This document shows, in pieces, positions 1 to 8,352 of a DNA stretch of 64,000 nt (positions within the stretch are counted from its first letter, which is position 1; every line of letters starts with the position of its first letter). Under the pieces are notes generated by a model. The model ran no database searches. It was not told where the DNA came from and saw nothing but the letters and a program-made list of their open reading frames with translations. A program made the translations under genes and the position numbers. The DNA is from Minisyncoccota bacterium (GTDB lineage Bacteria; Patescibacteriota; Minisyncoccia; Phycocordibacterales; CALRHW01), in assembly GCA_046350795.1 (NCBI GenBank), contig JAXLZT010000001.1, forward strand, positions 181,780-245,779, in the 5' to 3' direction.

Positions 1-940
1 CCTCCATCATTTCTTGCATTTTGTAGTCTAGTGTTGTGATTACTTTAAAACCGCCCTCTTCTAGCACCCCAACACCATATTTTTTTTCAAGCAAATCTTT
101 TACAAACATTACAAAGTGTGGAGCTTTTATTTTGCCGTCTTCTTGTGGTTTAAATATTACCACCTCATTTTTTGCCTTTTCATATTCTTCTTGTGTAATA
201 TATTTATCTTCAAGCATTTCTTTTAACACAAGATTTTTTCTTTCGTCCAACGCGGGTCTGTTGCGGTATGGTGAATAATACGTCGGTGCTTTTGGTAGGG
301 AGGCTAGATATGCTGATTCAGCTATGGTAACGTCAGAAGCTTTCTTACCAAAAAAAGCGTTACTTGCTTCTTCTACACCATAAATACTTCCGCCGTATGG
401 GATTTCATTTAGATACATAGAGAAAATCTGATCTTTTGTCAGTATTTTTTCTAGTTTTATAGCAAGCACCCATTCTTTTACTTTTCTAGTAATACTTTTT
501 TCTCCAGTCAAAAGAGAGTTTTTTACTACTTGTTGTGTAATGGTGGATCCTCCTTGGCTAAACTGTTGGGTTTTTAGGTTTGCAAATACCGCTCGCAGAA
601 AAGAAGATGGTTTTACACCGCTGTGAGTATAAAAATCTTTGTCTTCTATAGAAAGGGTTGCGTTTTTTATGTGTTTTGAGATTTGATCAAACGGTACGAC
701 TGTTCTTTTTATGTTTTGAAATACGTCATAAAGGAGTATTTCTCCTGTGCGGTCATATATTTTTGTTGATTGAGAAACCCTCCTTTCTTGGAATGAATCA
801 AGTGTTGGGAGTTGAAAAGTAGAGATCCAAAAAATAAATATGGATATTGATATTATACCAATGCAAAAACAAAAAATAATAAAATTTTTTATGCCACTTT
901 TTTTAAGGAAACGTTTTAGTGGCCCGTAGCCCTTTTTCAT
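1..940 (-). CDS. Class A penicillin-binding protein (transglycosylase domain), 3' part outside window
   Basis: Manual translation from ATG at 940: MKKGYGPLKRF, TM segment, STKIYDRTG, EDKDFY, QGGSTITQQVVKN, RKVKE, YLNEIPYGG motifs. Confidence 0.9.
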   Translation of the reverse strand, partial: MKKGYGPLKRFLKKSGIKNFIIFCFCIGIISISIFIFWISTFQLPTLDSFQERRVSQSTKIYDRTGEILLYDVFQNIKRTVVPFDQISKHIKNATLSIEDKDFYTHSGVKPSSFLRAVFANLKTQQFSQGGSTITQQVVKNSLLTGEKSITRKVKEWVLAIKLEKILTKDQIFSMYLNEIPYGGSIYGVEEASNAFFGKKASDVTIAESAYLASLPKAPTYYSPYRNRPALDERKNLVLKEMLEDKYITQEEYEKAKNEVVIFKPQEDGKIKAPHFVMFVKDLLEKKYGVGVLEEGGFKVITTLDYKMQEMME

Positions 941-1026
941 AAGACTTAATTTTATCATATTGTGATGAATATTGCGGATAGGGTATACGAATACCAAAAA
1001 CAAAGCAACTGTGGTAAATTAACAGC

Positions 1027-2250
1027 ATGATAATAAATCCATTTAAATCCAAACAAGCATCTGTAGATCCAGAATTAGTGCGTAATGTTATTACCCGTGG
1101 TGTAGAGGATGTTTTTGTAAAAGAGTCTTTGGAAAAGAAGCTTCTTTCCGGTAAACCATTACGAATAAAGCTAGGTTTTGATCCAACTGGTAGCAATATA
1201 CATATAGGTAGGGCAGTAATTTTGCGTAAATTGCGAGCTTTCCAAGACCTTGGGCACAAAATTGTGTTTATTGTTGGTGATTTTACTGCGCAGATAGGTG
1301 ATCCGTCAGACAAGCTCGACAAAAGACCAATGATTTCAAAAGAAACAATAAATAAAAATTTAAAAAACTATAAAAAGCAGGTCGGTAAAATAATAAACCT
1401 ACGAAAAGCAGAGTTTCATTATAATAGTGCATGGCTTGCCAAGCTTCGTTTTCAAGAAATTACAGAACTTGCGGAAAGTTTTTCTGTACAGCAGATGTTG
1501 GCACGGCGCAATTTTAAAGAGCGCTCAGAACGTGGCGAAGAAATATCCTTGCGCGAGTTTATGTATCCTTTGATGCAGGGCTATGATTCTGTTATGGTCA
1601 ATTCTGATGTGGAAATAGGTGGGTTTGACCAACTTTTCAACTTAAAAGCTGGTCGTGCTGTGCAGAGACACTACGGAATGGCAGAGCAAGACGTGCTCAC
1701 CGTGCAAATGCTTGAGGGTACAGATGGTCGCAAGATGTCTACTAGTTGGGGAAACGTCATAAATATAACAGATGAACCAAACGATATGTTTGGCAAGATA
1801 ATGTCTATACGCGACAACCTTATTTCAAAATATTTTCTTCTTTGTACCGACATGCCCGAAGCAGAAATAAATGCAATAGAAAAAAGTTTTGAGATGGGAT
1901 CAAATCCTCGTGATGCAAAAATGAAACTAGCTACAGAAATAGTGACTATATATCATGGAAAAGAAAAAGCAGAAAAAGCCAAGCAGGCCTTTGTAGACAC
2001 TTTTCAGAAGGGTGTTGTACCAGAAGATGTAATGGAAATAGGTCTTGCACCCAACACTGTTTTTGCTGATGCACTTTTATCCAACGGGATTATAAAATCA
2101 AAATCAGAATTTAGGCGTCTGGTAGAGGAGGGGGCTGTACAAGATATGAACGATAACACAAAAGTTGTTGATCCAAATTTTAAAGTATGGAAAGACGCAA
2201 CATTTAAGGTTGGTAAAAGACGTTTTGTAAAAATAAAAATACAAGCCTAG
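1027..2250 (+). CDS. tyrS: Tyrosine--tRNA ligase
   Basis: GFDPT, HIGR (HIGH-like), KMSTS, C-terminal S4-like domain ending VGKRRF. Confidence 0.97.
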   Translation: MIINPFKSKQASVDPELVRNVITRGVEDVFVKESLEKKLLSGKPLRIKLGFDPTGSNIHIGRAVILRKLRAFQDLGHKIVFIVGDFTAQIGDPSDKLDKRPMISKETINKNLKNYKKQVGKIINLRKAEFHYNSAWLAKLRFQEITELAESFSVQQMLARRNFKERSERGEEISLREFMYPLMQGYDSVMVNSDVEIGGFDQLFNLKAGRAVQRHYGMAEQDVLTVQMLEGTDGRKMSTSWGNVINITDEPNDMFGKIMSIRDNLISKYFLLCTDMPEAEINAIEKSFEMGSNPRDAKMKLATEIVTIYHGKEKAEKAKQAFVDTFQKGVVPEDVMEIGLAPNTVFADALLSNGIIKSKSEFRRLVEEGAVQDMNDNTKVVDPNFKVWKDATFKVGKRRFVKIKIQA

Positions 2251-2263
2251 TTGGGGCTAGGTA

Positions 2264-2291
2264 TAAAAAAACGGCCCGTGGCCGTTTTTTT
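2264..2291. terminator. Bidirectional intrinsic terminator
   Basis: aaaaaaacggc-ccgtg-gccgttttttt between convergent ORFs. Confidence 0.85.
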
Positions 2292-2296
2292 ATTTA

Positions 2297-2416
2297 TTAC
2301 ATAGCTTCGTCCTCGTCTCCAACCATCTCATCATCTGGCATAGCACCATCCACCGCTTCCTCATCCATTTCTTCATCGTCTACTATTGGCATAACATCAT
2401 CGTTTAAATCGTCCAT
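2297..2416 (-). CDS. Small very acidic protein (39 aa)
   Basis: MDDLNDDVMPIVDDEEMDEEAVDGAMPDDEMVGDEDEAM; ends in TAA TAA at the terminator; below the ORF-track cutoff. Confidence 0.6.
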   Translation of the reverse strand: MDDLNDDVMPIVDDEEMDEEAVDGAMPDDEMVGDEDEAM

Positions 2417-2551
2417 GTTTTTATCAAATTATTTTTTAATCAGTCTGGTCGTTTTTATATTTTGACCTTAGACCCACTATTTGTATCAAATACCAAAATT
2501 TTTGCAAACTTTTTCTTTATATTTTGTGGATAACACCTTTATCTGTATATA

Positions 2552-3046
2552 TCAGACAAATCTTTTTGATGCTATATGGGTCAGACCTGTTGCGATAGCG
2601 TCAAACTCATCGTCTATTTTTGTTTTTTCTGGTGTTTTTATTAGTCTTTTTACCATGGCGATAACTTGATTTTTTGTACTCTTTCCATAACCAGTCACAG
2701 CTATTTTTATTTCCACTGGTTTATATTCATATACATTGAGATTTTTTAACGATCCTTCGTATATGATGACACCACGTGCTTCAGACACCTTCATCGCCGT
2801 CTTTTGGTTGCCACTAAAAAAGAGCTCCTCTATAGCCATATCAGTTGGTTCATATTTTTCTATCACTTTTTTTATTTCTTGACCGAGTAGGGCTAGTCTT
2901 TTTTCGTGACTTAGCTTGGCTGATGTCTTAAAGCATTCAGAAAAAACAAGCTCTTCTTTTGCTCCACCACTTTTTTCTATTATTGCTATACCCAAGCGTT
3001 CATATCCTGGGTCGACAGCTATGACACGAATATTTTTATTCTGCAT
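2552..3046 (-). CDS. ruvC: Holliday junction resolvase RuvC
   Basis: IAVDPG, AIEELFF, EARGV, DEFDAIA. Confidence 0.95.
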   Translation of the reverse strand: MQNKNIRVIAVDPGYERLGIAIIEKSGGAKEELVFSECFKTSAKLSHEKRLALLGQEIKKVIEKYEPTDMAIEELFFSGNQKTAMKVSEARGVIIYEGSLKNLNVYEYKPVEIKIAVTGYGKSTKNQVIAMVKRLIKTPEKTKIDDEFDAIATGLTHIASKRFV

Positions 3047-3563
3047 TTGTGTATACTCCCTGCACCTCGTCGTTTTCCTCGAGTTCGTTTATGAGTTTTT
3101 CTAGTAAAGCACCGTCTTCTTCTGAGATGGGCACAGTGGTCTTTGGGATCCATTCTCCGGCGGTTTTTTCAAAAGCCCAGGTTGCTGCACCAATACCTGC
3201 CAACTCAAAACCATTTAGGGAAAGTATGTGTTTTATTTCTTGAGCAGCTTTATTTCTATTGTCTGTGAGCGCGTCTATCACGAGCGCGCATCCGCCGGGA
3301 CCGTAGCTTTCATATGTTATTGATTCTAGATCGGTTGCTTGTGTTGTTGCTTTTTTTATCGCTCGCTCTATATTTTCATTTGGCATATTTTCGGCCTTTG
3401 CTCGATCGATAGCCGCTTTGAGAGCGGGTGAATTTACGTTTCCGCCACTTTTTTTGGCTTCTTGTGTGATTATTTTTGCAAACTTTGAAAAGACCTTACT
3501 TTTTTGAGCATCAGTCTTTGCTTTTTGTCTTTTTATCTGTGACCATTTATTATGTCCTGCCAT
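3036..3563 (-). CDS. yebC: YebC/PmpR family protein (short, 175 aa)
   Basis: MAGHNKWSQIK, YESYGPGG, TDNRN, DEVQGVYTN. Confidence 0.93.
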   Translation of the reverse strand: MAGHNKWSQIKRQKAKTDAQKSKVFSKFAKIITQEAKKSGGNVNSPALKAAIDRAKAENMPNENIERAIKKATTQATDLESITYESYGPGGCALVIDALTDNRNKAAQEIKHILSLNGFELAGIGAATWAFEKTAGEWIPKTTVPISEEDGALLEKLINELEENDEVQGVYTNAE

Positions 3564-3587
3564 TTTTTTCTGTATTATTTGCCCGCC

Positions 3588-4637
3588 TTATAATAATTTC
3601 TTTGTCTTACCCCCTGGACCTTTTGCATCTATATGCAAATATCCCGCATCAGTGAGCATCCTACCACGCGGTGTTCTTTCTAAAAATCCAACCTGCAGTA
3701 GATATGGTTCATTAAACTCTTCTATTGTGGCTTGCTCTTCTGATAGTGCGGCCGCAAGAGTGTTGAGGCCCACCGGTCCACCCTTAAACTTGTTTGCAAT
3801 GATTTCTAGTATAGCTCTATCTGAAGGAGAAAGACCTACTTCGTCTATGCCTAGTAGAGATAAAGCTTTGTCCACCATTTCTTTTGTTAGAGATTGTTTG
3901 TGTACTTGGGCAAAATCACGGCAACGCTTGAGAAAATAGTTTGCTGTACGCGGTGTAAACCTGCTTCTTTTTGCAATTTCTTTTACAGCACCATCTTCTA
4001 TTTTTATACCAAGTATTTTTGCCGATCGGCGTACGATTTCTTCTATTTCTTCTTGGCTGTAATACTCGAGTCGGAAAATTCCTCCGGAAAAACGTGATCG
4101 AAGTGGGGAAGATATGAGAGCTACACGAGTAGTAGCAGATATGAGCGTAAAGAGGGGTAGCTCTAGCTGTATGGTGCGCGCAGACGGACCCTTGCCTATG
4201 ATGATGTCTAGTACGCCAGACTCCATCGCAGGATAGAGCACTTCCTCAATGGTTTTGTTGAGGCGATGTATTTCGTCTATAAAAAGAATGTCGCCATGAG
4301 AAAGATTTGTAAGTATAGATGCAAGGTCGCCTATTTTTTCTATAGCTGGTCCAGAAGTGATCTTTATCTGTGCACCGATCTCTTTTGCAATGAGGTGGGC
4401 GAGAGTGGTTTTGCCGAGACCTGGTGGGCCATAAAAAAGAATGTGTTCCGGTGGGTGATTGCGTTCGCGGGCGGCGGTAAGCAGGATGTGTAGGTTGTCT
4501 TTTATGTTTTTTTGCCCGATGTACTCATGCCACTTTGATGGACGCAGTGTCTGATCTAGGGAAGCGAGATCTTTTTCGCTGTTTTCAGAGTTTTCTTCGG
4601 CTGTTGGGGTATTTTTTTTGGCAGAAGTCTTTTTCAT
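3588..4637 (-). CDS. ruvB: Holliday junction helicase RuvB
   Basis: LRP, GPPGLGKTT, FIDEIHRL, RTPRGR; start placed at MKKTS (4637). Confidence 0.97.
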   Translation of the reverse strand: MKKTSAKKNTPTAEENSENSEKDLASLDQTLRPSKWHEYIGQKNIKDNLHILLTAARERNHPPEHILFYGPPGLGKTTLAHLIAKEIGAQIKITSGPAIEKIGDLASILTNLSHGDILFIDEIHRLNKTIEEVLYPAMESGVLDIIIGKGPSARTIQLELPLFTLISATTRVALISSPLRSRFSGGIFRLEYYSQEEIEEIVRRSAKILGIKIEDGAVKEIAKRSRFTPRTANYFLKRCRDFAQVHKQSLTKEMVDKALSLLGIDEVGLSPSDRAILEIIANKFKGGPVGLNTLAAALSEEQATIEEFNEPYLLQVGFLERTPRGRMLTDAGYLHIDAKGPGGKTKKLL

Positions 4638-4677
4638 AGCCTCATTATATACAAAAACAACACATAGCCATACACAC

Positions 4678-4706
4678 TTGACACACATACATTTATATGC
4701 TAAGCT
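4678..4706 (+). promoter_or_regulatory. Sigma70-type promoter pointing into an ORF-free region
   Basis: TTGACA (4678-4683), 17 nt, TGc-TAAGCT (4701-4706). Confidence 0.7.
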
Positions 4707-4712
4707 ATTGTT

Positions 4713-4985
4713 GTCTTTGAAATAAAAGGGGAATTGGGAAACGCCAAGGCGAAAAGGCCTTGATTTTTATTGCCACTTATATAATATAGGTGGCCTGCGT
4801 TTCTTTGAGGATCCAAGATATAAATCTCTAAACAACGAAGCCCTTGTGGCTTAGTAGTATCTCTTCGGAGGACATTCTGGTTATCACCTTGTGTGATTTG
4901 CTGGGGTTATCCTTTGGGAAATATTTAACTTTTGGTACGAATATTAAAAGTGTTGTTTAGAGATTTATGCCTTGGATCTTTTCGT
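4713..4985 (+). ncRNA. Candidate structured non-coding RNA of unknown family
   Basis: Three-way junction 4736-4805 plus a ~30-bp stem 4807-4836/4952-4981 enclosing five hairpins; G-U pairs favour the + strand. Confidence 0.6.
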
Positions 4986-5071
4986 AACTTTCTTTACATA
5001 ATTATTCACACGGTGGGTCTTTTTACAAGATTGTAAATTTTTAAAACTGTTTCTTAATGTGTGGTCTATGT

Positions 5072-6751
5072 TTATCGTTCCTCTTCTAGATCTATTACGC
5101 GCTGTAATTCGTCCATAGAGGTCATACCTTGAAGTATTTTTATTATTCCATCCTGTTGCATATCTAGTATATGTTGTGGTACAGCTGCTTTTTTTATCTC
5201 GCGCTCGCTAGGATTTTCTTGGACGATTTTTTCTATATTTTGATCTGTAAGGATGGCTTCATATACACCCACGCGCCCTTTGTATCCAGTAAAATTACAC
5301 TTGGTGCATCCTTTTGCCTCCCAAATCATGTTTGGATTTAGGCCTTCTAGGTAGGTTTTGTCTTCAATGCTGTTTACTATCCTATCTAGATTGATTTTTT
5401 CTTGTTCTGTAGGAGCACGCTGTCCTTTGCAGTCTGTGCAGAGCTTGCGCACAAGTCTTTGGGCCATACAGACACTGATCGCTGAGGTAATAACCTTTGG
5501 ATTTACTCCTAGGTCTATTAGGCGAGGGAAAGCGCCCGCTGCGTTGTTGGTATGAAGTGTAGAAAATACCAAATGTCCTGTGAGGGCAGCGTTGATGGCT
5601 ATCTCAGCTGTTTCATTGTCGCGGATTTCTCCCACCATTATCACATCTGGATCTTGGCGTAGAGCAGAGCGTAGACCCTCGAGGAAAGTATAGCCGTCGT
5701 CGTTGGTTTGTGTTTGCACGATGCCGGGTAGGTGATACTCGATCGGATTTTCAATCGTAATTATTTTTATGTCTGGTGAATGAATTTTTTTCAAAAAAGC
5801 ATATAAGGTGGTGGTTTTTCCAGATCCAGTCGGTCCAGTGTTGAGTATCATGCCGTTTGGTTTTGAAATTGCATTTTGTAATACAGTAAGCAGGCGAGGA
5901 TGTATACCCAAATCTTCTAATGGTACAGAGATTGCTTTTGGATTAAGTACGCGAAGCACGATAGAGTCATTGTATGCTCCGGGCAGTAGGGATGTACGAA
6001 TTTCTATTTCATCATCATTTACTTTTATGCTAAATCTTCCGTCTTGAGCTTTTCCTCGGACGTTTAGTTTTAGGTTTGAAAGAAGTTTTAGTCGAGAAAG
6101 GATGAGATTGTAAGTCTCTGTATCAAAACGGACGATGTCTGTGAGCACGCCGTCTAGTCTATATCTTAGGCGTACGTAGTTTTCCTCTGGCTCGAGATGT
6201 ATGTCTGATGCTTTGTTGGAAAGTGCACCAGCGAGCATTGTTTCTAGTATTCTAGAAATACGATAGGCTTTTTTACCACCGATATTTTCTTCTAATATTT
6301 TTTTTAAATCATCTAGTGTGGTTACTTTCTCCAAAAGCTCCAATATTCCTTCATTGGAAATATCAAGCGCACCACCCTTTGTTTCCATAGACATGGAAAG
6401 ATCTTTGTATCTATCCCATACTTTTTTTAAACTCTCTGGAGAGACAAGGTATGTGATCAGTGTATAACCTCTTTTTTGTAGTGATTCTAGCGCTGTTTTT
6501 GTTTTTTCTGTAGAAGGAGAAAGGAGGCCGACATGAATTTTTTTATCTACTATATTAAACACAGCTATTTTTGCATCGAGGGCCTCTGTCTCTTTTATGA
6601 CACGCAATGCGTCTATATTTATAGGTACTACTGAGAGGTCTAGATAGGGAATGCCATATTTTTCTGAGAGAGTTTGGGTGAGAATTTCTGCTTCGCGTCT
6701 TTTTAGCTCTTCGACGCGAGCGTTTTGTTTTTCTTCGTTAAATTCAACCAT
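5072..6751 (-). CDS. pilB: Type IV pilus assembly ATPase PilB/GspE family
   Basis: ASDIHLEP, GPTGSGKTTT, LRQDPDVIMVGEIRD, TGHLVFSTLH, CxxC pairs. Confidence 0.93.
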   Translation of the reverse strand: MVEFNEEKQNARVEELKRREAEILTQTLSEKYGIPYLDLSVVPINIDALRVIKETEALDAKIAVFNIVDKKIHVGLLSPSTEKTKTALESLQKRGYTLITYLVSPESLKKVWDRYKDLSMSMETKGGALDISNEGILELLEKVTTLDDLKKILEENIGGKKAYRISRILETMLAGALSNKASDIHLEPEENYVRLRYRLDGVLTDIVRFDTETYNLILSRLKLLSNLKLNVRGKAQDGRFSIKVNDDEIEIRTSLLPGAYNDSIVLRVLNPKAISVPLEDLGIHPRLLTVLQNAISKPNGMILNTGPTGSGKTTTLYAFLKKIHSPDIKIITIENPIEYHLPGIVQTQTNDDGYTFLEGLRSALRQDPDVIMVGEIRDNETAEIAINAALTGHLVFSTLHTNNAAGAFPRLIDLGVNPKVITSAISVCMAQRLVRKLCTDCKGQRAPTEQEKINLDRIVNSIEDKTYLEGLNPNMIWEAKGCTKCNFTGYKGRVGVYEAILTDQNIEKIVQENPSEREIKKAAVPQHILDMQQDGIIKILQGMTSMDELQRVIDLEEER

Positions 6752-6824
6752 ATGTAGACTTTATACTAGCATTTTCAGCATTTTTTAAACATATATCTCT
6801 GGGGAAATGGGGGTCTTGTTAGGG

Positions 6825-6853
6825 TTGACTTGTGGTGTCTGTTGTGATATAAT
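6825..6853 (+). promoter_or_regulatory. Sigma70 promoter of GC-rich lipoprotein gene
   Basis: TTGACT-17 nt-TATAAT. Confidence 0.8.
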
Positions 6854-6954
6854 TGTAGTAGATTCAGAGATGACGGGGTGCGGAGCGTTTCCAAACCCCT
6901 TTGCATGTATTCCGTGTCTTGCGCTTTGTTGCGCAAACTTCCGAAAGGCAAGCT

Positions 6955-7764
6955 ATGAACAAGCTCTTTGCAATGTTGTCTGTGGTGGCCGTCGCTGTGA
7001 CGGTCATCGTGCTTGGTGGTTGTGGTACCACACGCGAGGTCTACCTCGTGGATGGTCGGGAGTTCAGTGTTGAGGAGTTCAGGGCTTACCGTCTTGAGCA
7101 TCCCCACATCGCTACGCCGGTGGTCGTGGTCGAGAGGCCTGCATCGCCGGTGTACAACCCCCCCAGCTATCGCTGGAACGATGGATCGGTGCATGATGTG
7201 CCGGAGGTGAGTCTGGCAGATGAGATGGCAAAGATGAAGGATCGTGACCTCAATGGTCCCGGTGTCGACTACTTTGCGGAGACTGTCGTCGTGCAGTCAA
7301 ATGACGGCACCCCCGCAGGCGAGCTCACCTACATCGGCACTGGGCCAAACTTCATTCCGCCGGCGGGCATCGGCTCGGGCTTCAAGTACGTCATTGTGGT
7401 GCCTCGTGGCACTACGGTGGTGCGGGATGTCCGATTCTGTAATCCGCGTCGCCCCCACCTTTTGTCTGGTGTTGTGGGAGTTGGTGAATACCACTTCTAC
7501 GGCACCAACCATGACTACTGGGGACCGGATTGGGGTGGGGGTTACTCCTACTCCAGCCAGGCTCACTTCGGCGTCGGTGGTGGGATCTTGATTGAGTCTG
7601 GACTCAACGATTCGTACTACCGTAACAGGACTTTCTCATGGTCCTACCGCCAGAATGACAATTGCGACAACGATCGCAATGTCGGCGGCAATCGCCGTGG
7701 TGGTGGCCAAAATGGTCCCAGCAACAGCGGCATGCGCCGCTACGGCCCCATCTACAAGAAGTAG
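6955..7764 (+). CDS. Hypothetical lipoprotein, GC-rich
   Basis: MNK + hydrophobic stretch + LGGC lipobox-like motif; Gly/Asn-rich tail; own promoter and terminator. Confidence 0.7.
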   Translation: MNKLFAMLSVVAVAVTVIVLGGCGTTREVYLVDGREFSVEEFRAYRLEHPHIATPVVVVERPASPVYNPPSYRWNDGSVHDVPEVSLADEMAKMKDRDLNGPGVDYFAETVVVQSNDGTPAGELTYIGTGPNFIPPAGIGSGFKYVIVVPRGTTVVRDVRFCNPRRPHLLSGVVGVGEYHFYGTNHDYWGPDWGGGYSYSSQAHFGVGGGILIESGLNDSYYRNRTFSWSYRQNDNCDNDRNVGGNRRGGGQNGPSNSGMRRYGPIYKK

Positions 7765-7800
7765 GGGGATACAGAAAGACAGGGAGGAAAGACTCTCGTG

Positions 7801-7836
7801 GGCGCTGGTATCCGAAAGGAGACCAGCGCCTTTTCT
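7801..7836 (+). terminator. Intrinsic terminator
   Basis: ggcgctggt...gaaa...accagcgcc followed by ttttctt. Confidence 0.8.
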
Positions 7837-7878
7837 TATGCATTAATTTCCCATAAACTTTTGTGATAGTATGGTCGT

Positions 7879-8334
7879 ATGATGGTTACAAAAAGCCTTT
7901 TAGATACATATGCTCTTGCCTCAGATTTTGTAAATAATCTGTTAAAAATCTGTCAGATACCACCAGGAAAAGCGACAGTTGTTGGTCTATATGGTGATCT
8001 CGGCTCCGGCAAGACTGCTTTTGTGCAGGGTATGGCAAAAGCTCTGGGTGTGCACAATCAAGTAGTCAGTCCTACTTTTATATTACAAAAAAGATACGAG
8101 CTTGATCCAAAATTTCAACAGTGTTTTTTAAACTTAATTCATATAGATGCGTACAGGATGGAGTCGCCGGAAGAGCTGGCGCATATAAAATGGGAAGAGC
8201 TTTTAAAAGATCCACACAATCTGATTTGCATAGAATGGCCGGAAAGAGTTTATCAAGGAATGCCAACCGAGCACATACAAGTGGTGTGTACTTTTGTAGA
8301 TAAAGATATTCGTAAGTTTGATATTCATATGTAA
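7879..8334 (+). CDS. tsaE: t6A biosynthesis ATPase TsaE
   Basis: GDLGSGKT, SPTF, HIDAYR, IEWPE. Confidence 0.95.
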   Translation: MMVTKSLLDTYALASDFVNNLLKICQIPPGKATVVGLYGDLGSGKTAFVQGMAKALGVHNQVVSPTFILQKRYELDPKFQQCFLNLIHIDAYRMESPEELAHIKWEELLKDPHNLICIEWPERVYQGMPTEHIQVVCTFVDKDIRKFDIHM

Positions 8335-8352
8335 TGTAAAGAGTCGCGCCAA

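Noticed and set aside
2525-2533. DnaA box TGTGGATAA (also at 26857-26865) as oriC
   Set aside because: Isolated single boxes, no cluster and no dnaA/dnaN context
4807-4981. Retron msr-msd, RNase P RNA, tmRNA or SRP RNA
   Set aside because: No reverse transcriptase nearby; the hallmark motifs of the housekeeping RNAs were not found
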